Positions 51,596-62,660 of a stretch of DNA of 64,000 nucleotides are shown piece after piece. How positions within the stretch are numbered: the first letter of the stretch is position 1; each line of letters starts with the position of its first letter. Source of the DNA: an uncultured Alphaproteobacteria bacterium (GTDB taxonomy: Bacteria; Pseudomonadota; Alphaproteobacteria; Rhizobiales; Hyphomicrobiaceae); NCBI GenBank assembly GCA_963819605.1, contig CAWFWU010000010.1:101710-165709 (forward strand), written 5' to 3'. Under the pieces are notes generated by a model, which was given only the letters and a program-made list of their open reading frames with translations, ran no database searches and was not told where the DNA came from. A program made the position numbers and the translations under genes.

Positions 51596-53299
51596 TTATG
51601 GACTGGTCTTGAAGACCCGCCAACGCACTTCGGTTTCGCCAAATGTTGCTCCACGCAGCACGATCTGCATGCCGGGCCTCGGCCCCGTACTTTCGGCAAA
51701 CAACAGGCTTTCCTCGATTGTCAGTTCGGCGCCTTCAGCTTCAAAGGTCCACTTGCGCCCATCACGCATGGTGATGACGCTGGCGCTTTGACTTTCTCCC
51801 GCCGAGACTTTGCAGTCGGGATGAACATGAAAATGTATGGCAAATGGCAAATCAGCCTTGAGCCGCAATTTGCCTTGCGGCGGCTCAAGCCGGTCCAGCC
51901 CTTCTATCAGCCGGCCATCGTTTGAAACCGATATGCGCCGGTTGTGCATCAGTCCGAAACGCTTGACGTAACCGTCATGGCTTGCGGCAAGCACGGCTGC
52001 GCCGCCTTCGTCGCTCAATCGCGCCAAAGCCAAATCTGGGCCACGGATGGGGAGGCCACCAGCGAGACTTTCGAGCTTATCGTGGCGTACGAGACGCGAA
52101 GATGAACTTTCCGAGAGGCAAAGCGTGTTGTGCGAGGCCGTCGCGCGCGCGACGGCATTCCAGTCGTCGTCCGCAGGACCCGGGAACCCGCCATTGACGA
52201 ACAGCATGCGATTGCCATCCGACATTTCAAACGACAGACATCCCGATTGCGCTTCCGCCGACATCTCAACCGGCGGCGGCGAGCCGACATCGGCGACGAT
52301 CAGCGTCGAACCCCGCTCAAGCCGGGCGTAACCTGAATCGACGGCCTGCGAAACAGCTTCCAGCGCACCGTCCGAGTAGCCGAGTACTGTTGCGAGTGCC
52401 GCTGGTGCCCCGGCACTGACGCCGTTGAATCGCGCCAGAACGCCATCGCCCATGCGCATGAAACGCAAGAATGCCAGCGCCTTTTTCACGGTCGAGGCGT
52501 ATTCTTCGGGGGCCGCATAGCCGCGCGCCTGGAAACATTGCCCGAGTGGCAAAAGATCCAAGACAAGATCTGCCAGCACGCTGGCGTTGCGGCTTGCGTG
52601 CCCGCCGTCGTTCAGAATTTGGCGCTTAAGTTCGGCGATAAGCTGGATCTGCGCTTCCTTCAATTGCCGGTCATGGCCCGAAACGGCGAGATCACTGAGA
52701 ACAAGCGCGATGAGACTGACGAGACGAGGAACGCCGTCGGGCGCGTTGCGCCAGGTGGTGTTGAGTGCCGCAACTTGTTCGCCGAGGCTCGACATGATCT
52801 GCGAATAGGTTTTCGCGTCCGTGCCCTCAAGCAGCATGTTGGCTTGAGCGATCCACGAAATGATGCGCCGTCCGATAACGGCCGGCTCGTAGGCGATGCC
52901 TCTTGGCGTTCTCTGCGTCGCGATCCAATCAATGACGAGTTCGCGGGCTGCGTCATAAGCTGCTTCTTCCTCGGTCGCGGCAAGATGCCGGAGCCAGCCG
53001 AAGCCATGCAGTTCGCGTTCCCAAGCAAGGCTCGGCGCCTTGATGCGGAATGGCGATGCGCCCTTGAGGTCGGCTACTTGGCAAGCCAGCCCAAAATGGC
53101 TCTCCTGAATTTCATTCCAAAAACTCGGATCGGCGGAACGAAGCTCCTGCGGGACAATCAAGATCTGGTCGGCGGCCGCGCCACCATACCGCCAACGTAA
53201 AAACGGTGACGACAATGTACGCGTAACGGCGCGGCGGCGCGTCTGCTTCGCCGAAAGCGCTCTGATCTTCAGCCGCTCGCTGAGGCTCAATCCTGCCAT
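51596..53299 (-). CDS. Heparinase II/III-like protein
   Basis: ELHGFGWLRHL, DGGHASRN, ARATASHNTL, ASHDGY; sits between rsmB and purH. Confidence 0.85.
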   Translation of the reverse strand: MAGLSLSERLKIRALSAKQTRRRAVTRTLSSPFLRWRYGGAAADQILIVPQELRSADPSFWNEIQESHFGLACQVADLKGASPFRIKAPSLAWERELHGFGWLRHLAATEEEAAYDAARELVIDWIATQRTPRGIAYEPAVIGRRIISWIAQANMLLEGTDAKTYSQIMSSLGEQVAALNTTWRNAPDGVPRLVSLIALVLSDLAVSGHDRQLKEAQIQLIAELKRQILNDGGHASRNASVLADLVLDLLPLGQCFQARGYAAPEEYASTVKKALAFLRFMRMGDGVLARFNGVSAGAPAALATVLGYSDGALEAVSQAVDSGYARLERGSTLIVADVGSPPPVEMSAEAQSGCLSFEMSDGNRMLFVNGGFPGPADDDWNAVARATASHNTLCLSESSSSRLVRHDKLESLAGGLPIRGPDLALARLSDEGGAAVLAASHDGYVKRFGLMHNRRISVSNDGRLIEGLDRLEPPQGKLRLKADLPFAIHFHVHPDCKVSAGESQSASVITMRDGRKWTFEAEGAELTIEESLLFAESTGPRPGMQIVLRGATFGETEVRWRVFKTSP

Positions 53300-53435
53300 T
53301 GGCTCGCCGTTGGGTCCTGCATTTTTACCGGCGCCCAGAAGTGGAATCGCCGCGTGTATCGTTCGTCCCGACTATCCGCTCCGTCGAGCCAAAACAAGGC
53401 ATCGGACGGACCCGGCCCCATTTGCCGGAGTAAAA

Positions 53436-54833
53436 CTAGCGACTGCGGGAGAGGAGTGACACGAAAAAACCATCCATACCCTGCTGGCCGGGCCGCAAGG
53501 AACCGAAATACGACGGCAAGGTCCTCAGATCGCCCTCGACTGTTAGCCAGGCGCGTTCGCCGCCGGCCGAGGCAATGTCTATGGGTATCCGTCGGAAATC
53601 GCCGTGGCCGGCAAGAAAATGCGCAATCTGCCCGGCACCTTCGTCGTCTTCCAAAGAGCATGTGCAGTAGAGAAGTTTCCCGCCCGGTTTCACAAGTTTT
53701 GCAGCGGCGTCGAGCATCTTGACCTGGGACTGCGCCAGCGAGGCGACATCCTCGGGGCGCTTCAGATAGAGGATATCGGGGTGACGGCGGATCGTTCCCG
53801 TCGCCGTGCAGGGTGCGTCGAGCAACACGGCATCAAAAAGCCGCCCCGGCGCCCAGGTGATTATGTTACTGACCACCGTCTCAACCGAAAGCTTCAGTCG
53901 CGCGAGATTCGAAGTGAGCCGCGCCGCGCGCGCCGGCGACAACTCAACAGCCACCACGTTTGCGCCTGCACTCGCCAGTTGCGCCGTCTTGCCGCCGGGT
54001 GCCGCACAAAGATCGGCGATGTCGAGACCCTTGACGTCACCAAGAATTCTGGCCGGCAGCGTGGCGGCCGCATCCTGCACCCACCATGCACCGTCATCAT
54101 ATCCTGCAATATCTTCGATACGGCCCGCTTCTGTCAGTCGCACGGATCCTGGTGATAGAACGATGCCGCCGAGCTTCTCTGCCCATTCGCCCGCATCGCC
54201 TTTGACGGTCAGATCCAACGGCGGCTCTTGGAGGGAAGCCTCTGCGATCTGCCGCGCGGCGTCGGCGCCATATGCGGCACGCCAGCGCGCCATCAACCAG
54301 TGAGGAACATTAAGTTCCACCGCATCGAGGCCAGCCAGAATTTCTTCGCCTTGCTCCGAGACGCGGCGCAGAACGGCATTTGTCAATTTTGCAAAGCGCC
54401 CGGTACTGGGATCGGCGCGGCATTGATCGACAGCGAGGGAGATGGCCGCGTGAGGCGGCGTTTTAAGAAAAAGCAACTGCGCCCCGGCGCTAAGCAGGAT
54501 CGCTTCGAGCTTACCTTCTTTGGCTGCAATCGGCTTATCCAGGAATTTAGCGAGCACCGCTTTTATTTCGCCGCGCCGGCGCAGAACAGTCGTGGCGATT
54601 GCACGTGCAAAGGCGCGGTCGCGGGGGGCGAGTTTTGCTGCATCCGCCGCGCGCTGAAAGGCATCGTCAAACGAACGGCGCTGATCGAGCACCGCGAAGA
54701 TAGCGGAGGCTGCAAGCTGACGGGCGGCTAGCCCTTCCGGCGCAACGAAAGGCTTGCGCCGGCGCACCTCCCGCTCATTGCTGGAGGTTTGGCTCGATGT
54801 ATGCGGCCGCGCCGGAGGCGTCTCTTTGTTCAA
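53436..54833 (-). CDS. rsmB: RsmB/NOP family RNA m5C methyltransferase with NusB-like domain
   Basis: WWVQDAAA, DLCAAPGGKT, LDAPCTATGTIRRHPD, YCTCSL. Confidence 0.9.
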   Translation of the reverse strand: MNKETPPARPHTSSQTSSNEREVRRRKPFVAPEGLAARQLAASAIFAVLDQRRSFDDAFQRAADAAKLAPRDRAFARAIATTVLRRRGEIKAVLAKFLDKPIAAKEGKLEAILLSAGAQLLFLKTPPHAAISLAVDQCRADPSTGRFAKLTNAVLRRVSEQGEEILAGLDAVELNVPHWLMARWRAAYGADAARQIAEASLQEPPLDLTVKGDAGEWAEKLGGIVLSPGSVRLTEAGRIEDIAGYDDGAWWVQDAAATLPARILGDVKGLDIADLCAAPGGKTAQLASAGANVVAVELSPARAARLTSNLARLKLSVETVVSNIITWAPGRLFDAVLLDAPCTATGTIRRHPDILYLKRPEDVASLAQSQVKMLDAAAKLVKPGGKLLYCTCSLEDDEGAGQIAHFLAGHGDFRRIPIDIASAGGERAWLTVEGDLRTLPSYFGSLRPGQQGMDGFFVSLLSRSR

Positions 54834-54852
54834 TTGGCACTAGCCTTGGTGG

Positions 54853-55839
54853 TTATGATTGCCACGGTCCGCGCGATTGCTCGCCGTACTTCCGGCCTGC
54901 AACCCACACGCCGCCGTCTGCGCCGCGGTCCACTTGTCCACCGGCACCGGGCTCAAAGGCAAGGCCACCATCTGTCACGCCCATCTCTCGCGCGAGAGCT
55001 TCGAGTTCCGCAATGCGGTTGTCGGGATTGGGGTGCGTCGAGAATAGACTATCCAGTCCACGCCCATTCAGCGGATTTATGATGAACACATGTGCGGCAG
55101 CCGGGAATTGCTCGGCGCGCGGGTTTTGAATCTTCTTAGCCATAACGCTGATCTTCTTTAACGCCGATGCAAGCCACAGCGGGTTGCCTGCGATCAACGC
55201 TCCCATACGGTCGGCCTGATACTCGCGCGAGCGGCTAATGGCCATTTGCACCATCATGGCAGCCAGAGGGGCAACGATGACGGCGAACAGCGTGCCGATG
55301 AGCCCCAAGCCGCGATCATCGTTGCGGGCGCCGCCAAACAGCATGCCGAGTTGCAGATATTGCGCAAACATGGACACCGCGCCGCCAATCGTTGCGGCAA
55401 CGGCCATTGTTAGTGTGTCGCGATTCTTAATATGCGCGAGCTCGTGCGCCATGACGCCGGCGAGTTCTTCGCGCGTTAACGCTTCGAGCAAGCCGGTCGA
55501 TGCGCAGACAGCCGCGCGCGACGGGCTGCGCCCGGTGGCGAACGCGTTCGGCTGGGGCGTGTTCATAATATAGACGCGCGGCATCGGCAGATCGGCACGC
55601 TGCACCAGTTCGCGCACGAGGCCGACAAACTCAGGCGCGGTCTGGTCGTTAACTTCCTGGGCCTTGAACATTTTCAAGACCATGGTGTCTGACTTCCAAA
55701 GACTGACCACGTTCATGACCAGCGCAACAATAAACGCCAGGATGAGGCCGGATTGACCGCCAACGGCAGCGCCCATGACGGCAAAAATCGCTGTCAGTGC
55801 TGCCAGTAACAGCGCTGTTCTCGCGTAGTTCATCGGCAT
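54853..55839 (-). CDS. htpX: Zinc metalloprotease HtpX
   Basis: QPNAFATGR, AHELAH, ISRSREY, STHP. Confidence 0.95.
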   Translation of the reverse strand: MPMNYARTALLLAALTAIFAVMGAAVGGQSGLILAFIVALVMNVVSLWKSDTMVLKMFKAQEVNDQTAPEFVGLVRELVQRADLPMPRVYIMNTPQPNAFATGRSPSRAAVCASTGLLEALTREELAGVMAHELAHIKNRDTLTMAVAATIGGAVSMFAQYLQLGMLFGGARNDDRGLGLIGTLFAVIVAPLAAMMVQMAISRSREYQADRMGALIAGNPLWLASALKKISVMAKKIQNPRAEQFPAAAHVFIINPLNGRGLDSLFSTHPNPDNRIAELEALAREMGVTDGGLAFEPGAGGQVDRGADGGVWVAGRKYGEQSRGPWQS

Positions 55840-55981
55840 GCCGGTCCTCCACTACTCAAGTGCGCGGCGCCAAGACATTCCAAAGGCGCCGGTCAAACGT
55901 ATATATGGTGTATGGCCTTCAAGGTTAAGTGCCTGGAGCCCAAGCCCAGTGACCACGCCGCAAATCCCGAGAGATTGTGCC

Positions 55982-56209
55982 ATGACGACCGACGAAGCCA
56001 CCGGCCCAGACGTACTTACTGAAGCTCCAAGCCCCACAACAAAGGCGCTGACGCCCGAGGCACAGCGCGCCCTGGCCGAAGCTGAGACCAGGCGCGGCGC
56101 GCAAGAAACCGCTGATAAAGCGCGGGCCGAAGAGATTGGCGGCCGGAAAGGTCCCGACCCTGTCCGATTTGGGGACTGGGAGGTGGGCGGCATTGCCAGT
56201 GATTTCTGA
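55982..56209 (+). CDS. DUF1674 family protein
   Basis: EIGGRKGPDPVRFGDWEVGGIASDF C-terminus. Confidence 0.88.
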   Translation: MTTDEATGPDVLTEAPSPTTKALTPEAQRALAEAETRRGAQETADKARAEEIGGRKGPDPVRFGDWEVGGIASDF

Positions 56210-56445
56210 TTTTGTTTCAGAAGTGTACACGCAAGTATTTACAAATCGTGACAAGCTTTATGGCAATTTGGAACGCTTGCGTTAACGGACGCGAAATGAA
56301 GCACTTTTCCGGACTTCGCACGCTCGTTTACCGAATAAACACCATCTGAAGCGGCAAAACCGGTTTTGGCCGCCCATTCACCGGCTGCGGCACTGCCGTT
56401 GCATCACTCCCCGCATCGACAAACTTTTGTGTCGCGGAGAGACAG

Positions 56446-57681
56446 ATGTACACGTACCAGCCACTTGGCATTAAGAAATTTGGGTCTGACGACCGGGGTG
56501 CAGTTGCAATTACTTTCGGCGTCATGTCGTTGGCCTTGTTCTTCATGGCGGGCGTCGCCATCGATTATACGCGCGTCATGAACGTGCGCGGGCGGCTCGT
56601 GGAAGCCGCAGACGCTGCCGTTCTCGCGGCAGGTAAGGCGCTGCTCCAAGGGCAGTCCGAGGGCGACATTCAGCAATTGGCCCTCACGTACTTCAATGAG
56701 AACATCAAGTCGATTTCGAATGCCGCCGTCATCGGCGCGCCAACCGTTAGCGTCGACGCCACAACGGGCGCGGTCACTCTCGACGTCAAGGCGACTGTGG
56801 ATATGACGCTTGCCGGACTTGGCGGCTTCCATACACAGGACGTTGACGTTGAGACAGAAGCGGTGTTCTCGCAGAAGGATATCGAAGTTGGTATGGCGCT
56901 GGATATTACAGGGTCGATGGCATGGGCCGACAGCAACGGCGAAGCGAAAATAAAAGGCCTCAAATCCGCGTTCGAGAAATTCGCTGACCGGCTCATTCCG
57001 GACGTACCCAGCGAAAATCATCGCGTGCGCATTGGCGTGGCACCGTATTCGGCCAGCGTAAATCTTGGCGAATATGCTGCAGGAGTTACCGATAATAAGA
57101 GCACAAACGGTTGTGTCGTTGAGCGCAAGTCTGGGCTTTTCTCTGACAGCACGGACGTCTTCTACGCTTTGCCAAAGTCGGCACCGAAATCGTCATGCCC
57201 GCCGAATGCCGTCGCGCCGCTCAGCGATGACAAAGAAGCCCTCATTAGCATGGTCAAGAGCTTCAATCCGAACGGAATGACAGCAGGCCACCTCGGTGCA
57301 CAATGGGCATGGAATGTGGTATCCGACCAGTGGGGCGGTACATGGAATGGCGACAGCACACCTGACAGCTACGCTCGCGTCACCGAAGGCAAACTGTTGA
57401 AGGCCGTGGTTTTGATGACTGATGGCGAATTCAACACCAAGTACTACGGTGCCGGATCGCCTCAGCAGGCCATCGCACTTTGCAATGCCATGAAAACAAA
57501 GGGTGTCGTTGTGTTCTCTGTCGGCTTTGGCCTCGGCGGAAATTCGGATGCTCTCAACACACTCAAGACATGTGCAACGCCGGGCGACGGATACTTTGCC
57601 GATACCTCGAACGCCTCAGAACTTGAACAGGCCTTCGAGAAATTCGCTGGCAAGCTGACCGAACTCCGCCTCTCGAAGTAA
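56446..57681 (+). CDS. TadG-like (Flp pilus-associated) protein with vWA domain
   Basis: DDRGAVAITFG pilin-like N-terminus, AADAAVLA, LDITGSM, LMTDGEFN. Confidence 0.88.
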   Translation: MYTYQPLGIKKFGSDDRGAVAITFGVMSLALFFMAGVAIDYTRVMNVRGRLVEAADAAVLAAGKALLQGQSEGDIQQLALTYFNENIKSISNAAVIGAPTVSVDATTGAVTLDVKATVDMTLAGLGGFHTQDVDVETEAVFSQKDIEVGMALDITGSMAWADSNGEAKIKGLKSAFEKFADRLIPDVPSENHRVRIGVAPYSASVNLGEYAAGVTDNKSTNGCVVERKSGLFSDSTDVFYALPKSAPKSSCPPNAVAPLSDDKEALISMVKSFNPNGMTAGHLGAQWAWNVVSDQWGGTWNGDSTPDSYARVTEGKLLKAVVLMTDGEFNTKYYGAGSPQQAIALCNAMKTKGVVVFSVGFGLGGNSDALNTLKTCATPGDGYFADTSNASELEQAFEKFAGKLTELRLSK

Positions 57682-57726
57682 TGTCTCCAACGATCTCAAC
57701 GGCAAGTCCCACACTTGCCAAAACTT

Positions 57727-57762
57727 GGGCGCTCCTTCACAGGTAGCGCCCTTTTCTTTTGT
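57727..57762 (+). terminator. Intrinsic terminator
   Basis: gggcgct...agcgccc stem followed by ttttctttttg. Confidence 0.65.
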
Positions 57763-57854
57763 TTGAGCGGCTGGCCGCAAAAAACCCACAACTCGACCGC
57801 ATCACCGTGCCGCCGACTTAATTTCGATTCCCAGAACGAGTAGTGATCCCCTGA

Positions 57855-58566
57855 ATGCGCAAGCCCCGGCGTCTGCTCTCGAGATTGCTTCTCCTCGTAT
57901 TGGTGGCCGCTGCAATCTTTGCAGCGTTCTGGCTTGGCCTTGTGCCGCAACGCTTCAGTCCCGTTTGCGCCATTGAACCTCAGTGAACCCAATTCCTACT
58001 TTCTCAATATGCGGCTAGCGGCCCTAAAGGGCGATGCGAGCCTGTGTCAGGCTGTCTTAAAAACACCTCTCGTCGAGGCGAGCGCAATTCCGGACGAACC
58101 CATAATAAATGGCTGCGGGTGGAAGAACGCGGTTCGGTTGTCGAACGCCGGAGGCACGAGGCTTTCAGCCGACAAAGTCACCTGCGAAATGGCAGCGGCT
58201 CTCACCATGTGGCTGGAGCACGAGGTGCAGGCTGCCGCGGAGCGCAATTTTTCAGAGCGTGTGACGAGCGTCAAGCACATGGGCACATACGCGTGCCGGA
58301 ATATCGCCGGCAGCAAATTCTGGAAAGGCTTTCGCAGCCAGCACGCGACCGCCAGCGCGATTGACATCGAGTCTTTCACGCTTTCCGGCGGCCGGGCGAT
58401 TTCCGTATTAAGGAATTGGAAAGGTGATACGCCAGAAGCGCGCTTTTTGCACGAAATTCACAGTCGCGCATGCCGCTACTTCCGCGTCGCTATCGGCCCA
58501 GACTTCAACGCGGCCCACGCCAACCATTTCCATTTCGATCGCGGCGCGCTGAAGAGCTGCCGTTAA
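57855..58566 (+). pseudogene. Extensin-like C-terminal domain protein with a +1 frameshift near 57961-57964
   Basis: MRKPRRLLSRLLLLVLVAAAIFAAFWLGLVPQRFSP is in one frame; FAPLNLSEP...GTYACRNI..SQHATASAID..GPDFNAAHANHFH is in the next. Confidence 0.75.
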
Positions 58567-58722
58567 CAGGACAAGCCCTGTTCAAAGATCCCGCGCGTTA
58601 ATGTTTCATCAACCTTAGCACTTGGGAATGGCAAAAAGCCCAACGGTCTGCCTTCGAAATAGAGAAATTTTTATTGAAATCGGTTCACTACTAACCGGAG
58701 CTAACCGAGAGAGTTCCCAATC

Positions 58723-59985
58723 ATGCGCAGTTTCTGGACAAATCCGCCGGCGTTTCACCGTGACGAACGCGGCAGCGTATCGATACTCTTCGGATTGAGT
58801 TGCATCGTATTGTTCGTTATCATGGGGATTGCGATCAACTCGGCACGCTATCAGGACATCGCAACCCGGACTCAGGCCGGCTTGGATGGCGCCACGCTCG
58901 CAGCTGCAAAAATGCTTGCCGATGACGATGCTTCCGTCGGCGACGTACAGGATCGAGCCAAGAAATACTTCGATGCCACAGTCGAAACATTCGGCGTCGA
59001 TCCCGCTTACATCTCGCCGCTGCAGGTCGTCGTCGATCGCGCAACAGGAGCGGTCGAATCGAGCGTCCAGATCAAAGTTTCGAATTTCTTTGCAACAATC
59101 GCCGGCCTCGACCGCTTGACGGTCATCAACCGCGCGTCGAAAGTCGTCTACGACATGCAAAAGATCGAACTTGCTCTTGTTCTCGACGTCACCGGCTCGA
59201 TGAACGCCAAAAATAAGCTTGGCGATATGAAGGCCGCATCGGAAGACATTATCGACGCGCTCTTCGACAAGAGCATCAGCGAAAGTCATACCCGCATTGC
59301 TGTCGCCCCATTCTCTTCCTCTGTGGACGCCGGCATGTATCGGGCAGCGGTCGCCGACACAACGGGTGCGGTGGCAGATAATTGCGTTATAGAACGCGCA
59401 AATACTACTGACGCCGCGCCGATAGGGGTGAACCGCCTAAAGACTGCACCCTCGGCGGCGCCGCTCGGCATGTACGAATGCCCCGATGCAACAGTCATTC
59501 CTCTGCTTGGTATGAGCCAGAGCGATACCTTGAAGAGCAAAATCAACGCCTACGTGGCCAGCGGCTGGACCGCCGGTCATATTGGAGCGGCGTGGGGCTG
59601 GTATCTATTGTCGCCTGAATGGGATTCCGTCTTCCCCGGGGCCAGCAAGCCTAACGACTACGATTCCCAAAAGGTTGCCAAAGCGGTCGTCATCATGACC
59701 GATGGCGAATTCAACGCTGCCTATCTCAATGGCGACTTGGCATCAGGCGATCCGGCTCAAGCCGACCTCGCTTACACGCAGTTCCAATCTCTTTGCTTGG
59801 GCATGAAAGACAAAGGCATCCGCATCTTCACCGTCGGATACGATTTGCCAGCCGCAGGGCGGGCAATGGCAGAGTTAGAAACTTGTGCGACGACAGGCGA
59901 TTTTTACGCTGCAGCGGCCGGCAATCTCAAAAAGGTTTTCAAAGACATCGCCAACTCGCTAACGGCCCTGCGTGTTAGCAACTGA
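58723..59985 (+). CDS. Second TadG-like vWA protein
   Basis: DERGSVSILFG, LDGATLAAA, LDVTGSM, IMTDGEFN. Confidence 0.88.
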   Translation: MRSFWTNPPAFHRDERGSVSILFGLSCIVLFVIMGIAINSARYQDIATRTQAGLDGATLAAAKMLADDDASVGDVQDRAKKYFDATVETFGVDPAYISPLQVVVDRATGAVESSVQIKVSNFFATIAGLDRLTVINRASKVVYDMQKIELALVLDVTGSMNAKNKLGDMKAASEDIIDALFDKSISESHTRIAVAPFSSSVDAGMYRAAVADTTGAVADNCVIERANTTDAAPIGVNRLKTAPSAAPLGMYECPDATVIPLLGMSQSDTLKSKINAYVASGWTAGHIGAAWGWYLLSPEWDSVFPGASKPNDYDSQKVAKAVVIMTDGEFNAAYLNGDLASGDPAQADLAYTQFQSLCLGMKDKGIRIFTVGYDLPAAGRAMAELETCATTGDFYAAAAGNLKKVFKDIANSLTALRVSN

Positions 59986-60012
59986 GTCTTTGTGCAGATT
60001 TCTGTGCAGAAA

Positions 60013-60040
60013 TGGCATGGCCCCAAGGCCATGCCACTTT
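60013..60040. terminator. Bidirectional terminator between convergent genes
   Basis: tggcatggcc-ccaa-ggccatgcca perfect 10-bp stem. Confidence 0.7.
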
Positions 60041-60065
60041 AATTTCTAACCCGCCCCTTGGCCTA

Positions 60066-62009
60066 TCAGGATTTGCGGTTTTGCCGGTTGCCGATGAGGT
60101 CGTCAACAACGGCCGGATCGGCAAGCGTTGACGTATCGCCGAGGCTGCCAAAATCGTCTTCCGCGATTTTGCGCAGAATACGCCGCATGATTTTACCAGA
60201 TCGCGTCTTCGGCAGCCCCGGAGAAAACTGAATGAGATCCGGCGAGGCGATGGGGCCGATTTCCTTGCGGACGTGCGCGACGAGTTCTTTGCGCAAGGCG
60301 TCGTCGCCCTTCTCCCCCGCGTTCAAAGTGACGTAGCAGTAGATGCCTTGCCCTTTGACGTCGTGGGGATAACCGACAACGGCGGCTTCCGCGACCTTGG
60401 CATGAGAAACAAGTGCGCTTTCGACTTCAGCCGTTCCCATGCGGTGGCCCGAGACGTTGATGACGTCATCGACGCGGCCCGTGATCCAGTAATAACCGTC
60501 GGCATCGCGGCGGCAGCCGTCGCCGGTAAAGTACAAGTTCGGGTAAGCCGAGAAATAGGTCTGTTCAAAGCGCGCATGATCGCCGTAGATTGTGCGCGCT
60601 AGCCCTGGCCAGGCGTCGAGAATGACGAGGTTGCCCTGCGCCGCGCCTTCCAAAAACGCGCCCTTGTCATCGACGAGCGCCGGTTGCACGCCGAAAAACG
60701 GGCGCGTCGCCGAACCAGGTTTCAGTGCTGTCGCGCCGGGCAGCGGCGTGATCAGAATCCCGCCCGTTTCCGTCTGCCACCATGTATCGACGATCGGGCA
60801 GCGGGCATTACCGATAACGTGGTAGTACCATTCCCAAGCTTCTGGATTGATGGGCTCTCCAACCGAGCCAAGAATTCGCAACGACGCCCGGCTCGTTTTT
60901 GTGACAAGTGCGTCGCCAAGGCCCATGAGCGCACGGATAGCGGTCGGCGCGGTGTAGAAGATATTGACCTTCCACTTATCGATGACCTCCCAGAAGCGCG
61001 ATGCGGTCGGGTAAGTCGGGATGCCTTCGAACATGAGCGTCGTGGCGCCATTGGCGAGCGGCCCATAAACGATATAGCTGTGCCCTGTGACCCAGCCGAC
61101 GTCTGCCGTGCACCAGTAGATGTCGCCGTCATGATAATCGAACACATATTGATGCGTCATTGCGGCGTGCAGGAGATAGCCGCCGGTCGAGTGCACGACG
61201 CCTTTAGGTTTTCCGGTTGATCCAGATGTGTAGAGGATAAAGAGCGGATCTTCGGCATTCATTTCGACGGGCGGGCAATCGGCGCCTACCGTTTCGAGTT
61301 CTTCGTGCAGCCACACATCGCGTCCGGCGGTCCACGGCACTGGATTGCCGGTCCGGCGCACAACGAGAACCTTCTCGCCGCCCTTGCACTTGGCGAGCGC
61401 CAAATCGACGTTCTTTTTCAGCGGAACAGGTTTACCGCCGCGCAGGCCTTCGTCGGCTGTGATGACGAATTTAGAATCCGCGTCATCGATGCGGTTCTGG
61501 AGACTGTCCGGCGAGAACCCGCCGAAGACGATCGAGTGGATGGCGCCGATACGCGTGCACGCCAGCATGGCGTAGGCCGCTTCCGGAATCATCGGCAGGT
61601 AAATGGTAACGCAGTTGCCCTTCTTCACGCCGAGCTTCTTCAAGACGTTGGCAAATTTCTGCACGCGCTCGTGGAGCTGTCGGTAGGTAATCTTTTCGCT
61701 TTCGGCCGGGTTGTCGCCTTCCCATATAATGGCGACCTGATCTCCCCGCTTGGCGAGGTGCCGGTCGATGCAATTTGCCGAAATGTTGAGCGTGCCGTCT
61801 TCGAACCACCGAATCGAAACATTGCCCGGTGCAAACGACGTGTTCTTGACCTTGGTGAAGGGCTTGATCCAGTCGAGCCGCTTGGCGGCGTCGCCCCAAA
61901 AGCCGTTCGGGTCTGCCACCGACCTGGCGTACATCTCGCGGTACTTGGCATCATCGATGTGAGCGTGAGCGGCAACGTGAGCAGCCACCGGATAGACCTT
62001 ATCGGACAT
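60066..62009 (-). CDS. acs: Acetyl-CoA synthetase
   Basis: [31 protein letters not shown]. Confidence 0.98.
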   Translation of the reverse strand: MSDKVYPVAAHVAAHAHIDDAKYREMYARSVADPNGFWGDAAKRLDWIKPFTKVKNTSFAPGNVSIRWFEDGTLNISANCIDRHLAKRGDQVAIIWEGDNPAESEKITYRQLHERVQKFANVLKKLGVKKGNCVTIYLPMIPEAAYAMLACTRIGAIHSIVFGGFSPDSLQNRIDDADSKFVITADEGLRGGKPVPLKKNVDLALAKCKGGEKVLVVRRTGNPVPWTAGRDVWLHEELETVGADCPPVEMNAEDPLFILYTSGSTGKPKGVVHSTGGYLLHAAMTHQYVFDYHDGDIYWCTADVGWVTGHSYIVYGPLANGATTLMFEGIPTYPTASRFWEVIDKWKVNIFYTAPTAIRALMGLGDALVTKTSRASLRILGSVGEPINPEAWEWYYHVIGNARCPIVDTWWQTETGGILITPLPGATALKPGSATRPFFGVQPALVDDKGAFLEGAAQGNLVILDAWPGLARTIYGDHARFEQTYFSAYPNLYFTGDGCRRDADGYYWITGRVDDVINVSGHRMGTAEVESALVSHAKVAEAAVVGYPHDVKGQGIYCYVTLNAGEKGDDALRKELVAHVRKEIGPIASPDLIQFSPGLPKTRSGKIMRRILRKIAEDDFGSLGDTSTLADPAVVDDLIGNRQNRKS

Positions 62010-62149
62010 TCCTTTGTTCCTCCCAGATGGCCGCTTCGCCGAGCGGCGCTTATTTTTTTAGTTTTGCGACTTTGAACCAGAACTATGCGCTTTAATCCGG
62101 CCTCACTCACATTGCTCGAAAGTCGAAAACGCGAAAAAGACGCAGCTGA

Positions 62150-62569
62150 CTAAACGCCCCACAGTCCGAGTATAGCGCCCTGCAAGACCAAAACCGCCAG
62201 CCAATGCCCGCCGTCAATGACGGTCAGCGACGTTTTCGAACCTTGGAAACCGTTATTGACGACCATGCTCGTGATGACGAACCCGAGCCAGCAGAGTGCG
62301 CCCGTCAGCACGCCGTTCTTCAGCGTAAATCCAGTTGCTCCAAGGTGCCCCATGACGCCAGCCAGTATGAGTGACATCAGAACTAGCGCGCCGAAGGTGA
62401 GCGCCATAAGCCCGACCGGCATAGCCTGATCCTTGCACTCTTCCGGCGTCTTCCCGAGAGCGGCCATCCATTGCTTCTGAAACAGCATGCCGTACCAGAC
62501 CCATCCAAGCATGAAACTGGCGACGGCTGCTGCCAGAACGGCGACGTAGTTGATCCCTGCAAATGTCAT
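62150..62569 (-). CDS. DUF1761 membrane protein
   Basis: INYVAVLAAAVASFMLGWVWY...WM; IDGGHW. Confidence 0.85.
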   Translation of the reverse strand: MTFAGINYVAVLAAAVASFMLGWVWYGMLFQKQWMAALGKTPEECKDQAMPVGLMALTFGALVLMSLILAGVMGHLGATGFTLKNGVLTGALCWLGFVITSMVVNNGFQGSKTSLTVIDGGHWLAVLVLQGAILGLWGV

Positions 62570-62660
62570 GAAGCAATCCTCCGGTTATGCCCTCCCGCAA
62601 TCAGGGCCGGCCCGGCCGATCCTAGCAAATCGAATTGAGTTTGCGCAGTATGGTAAAGCA

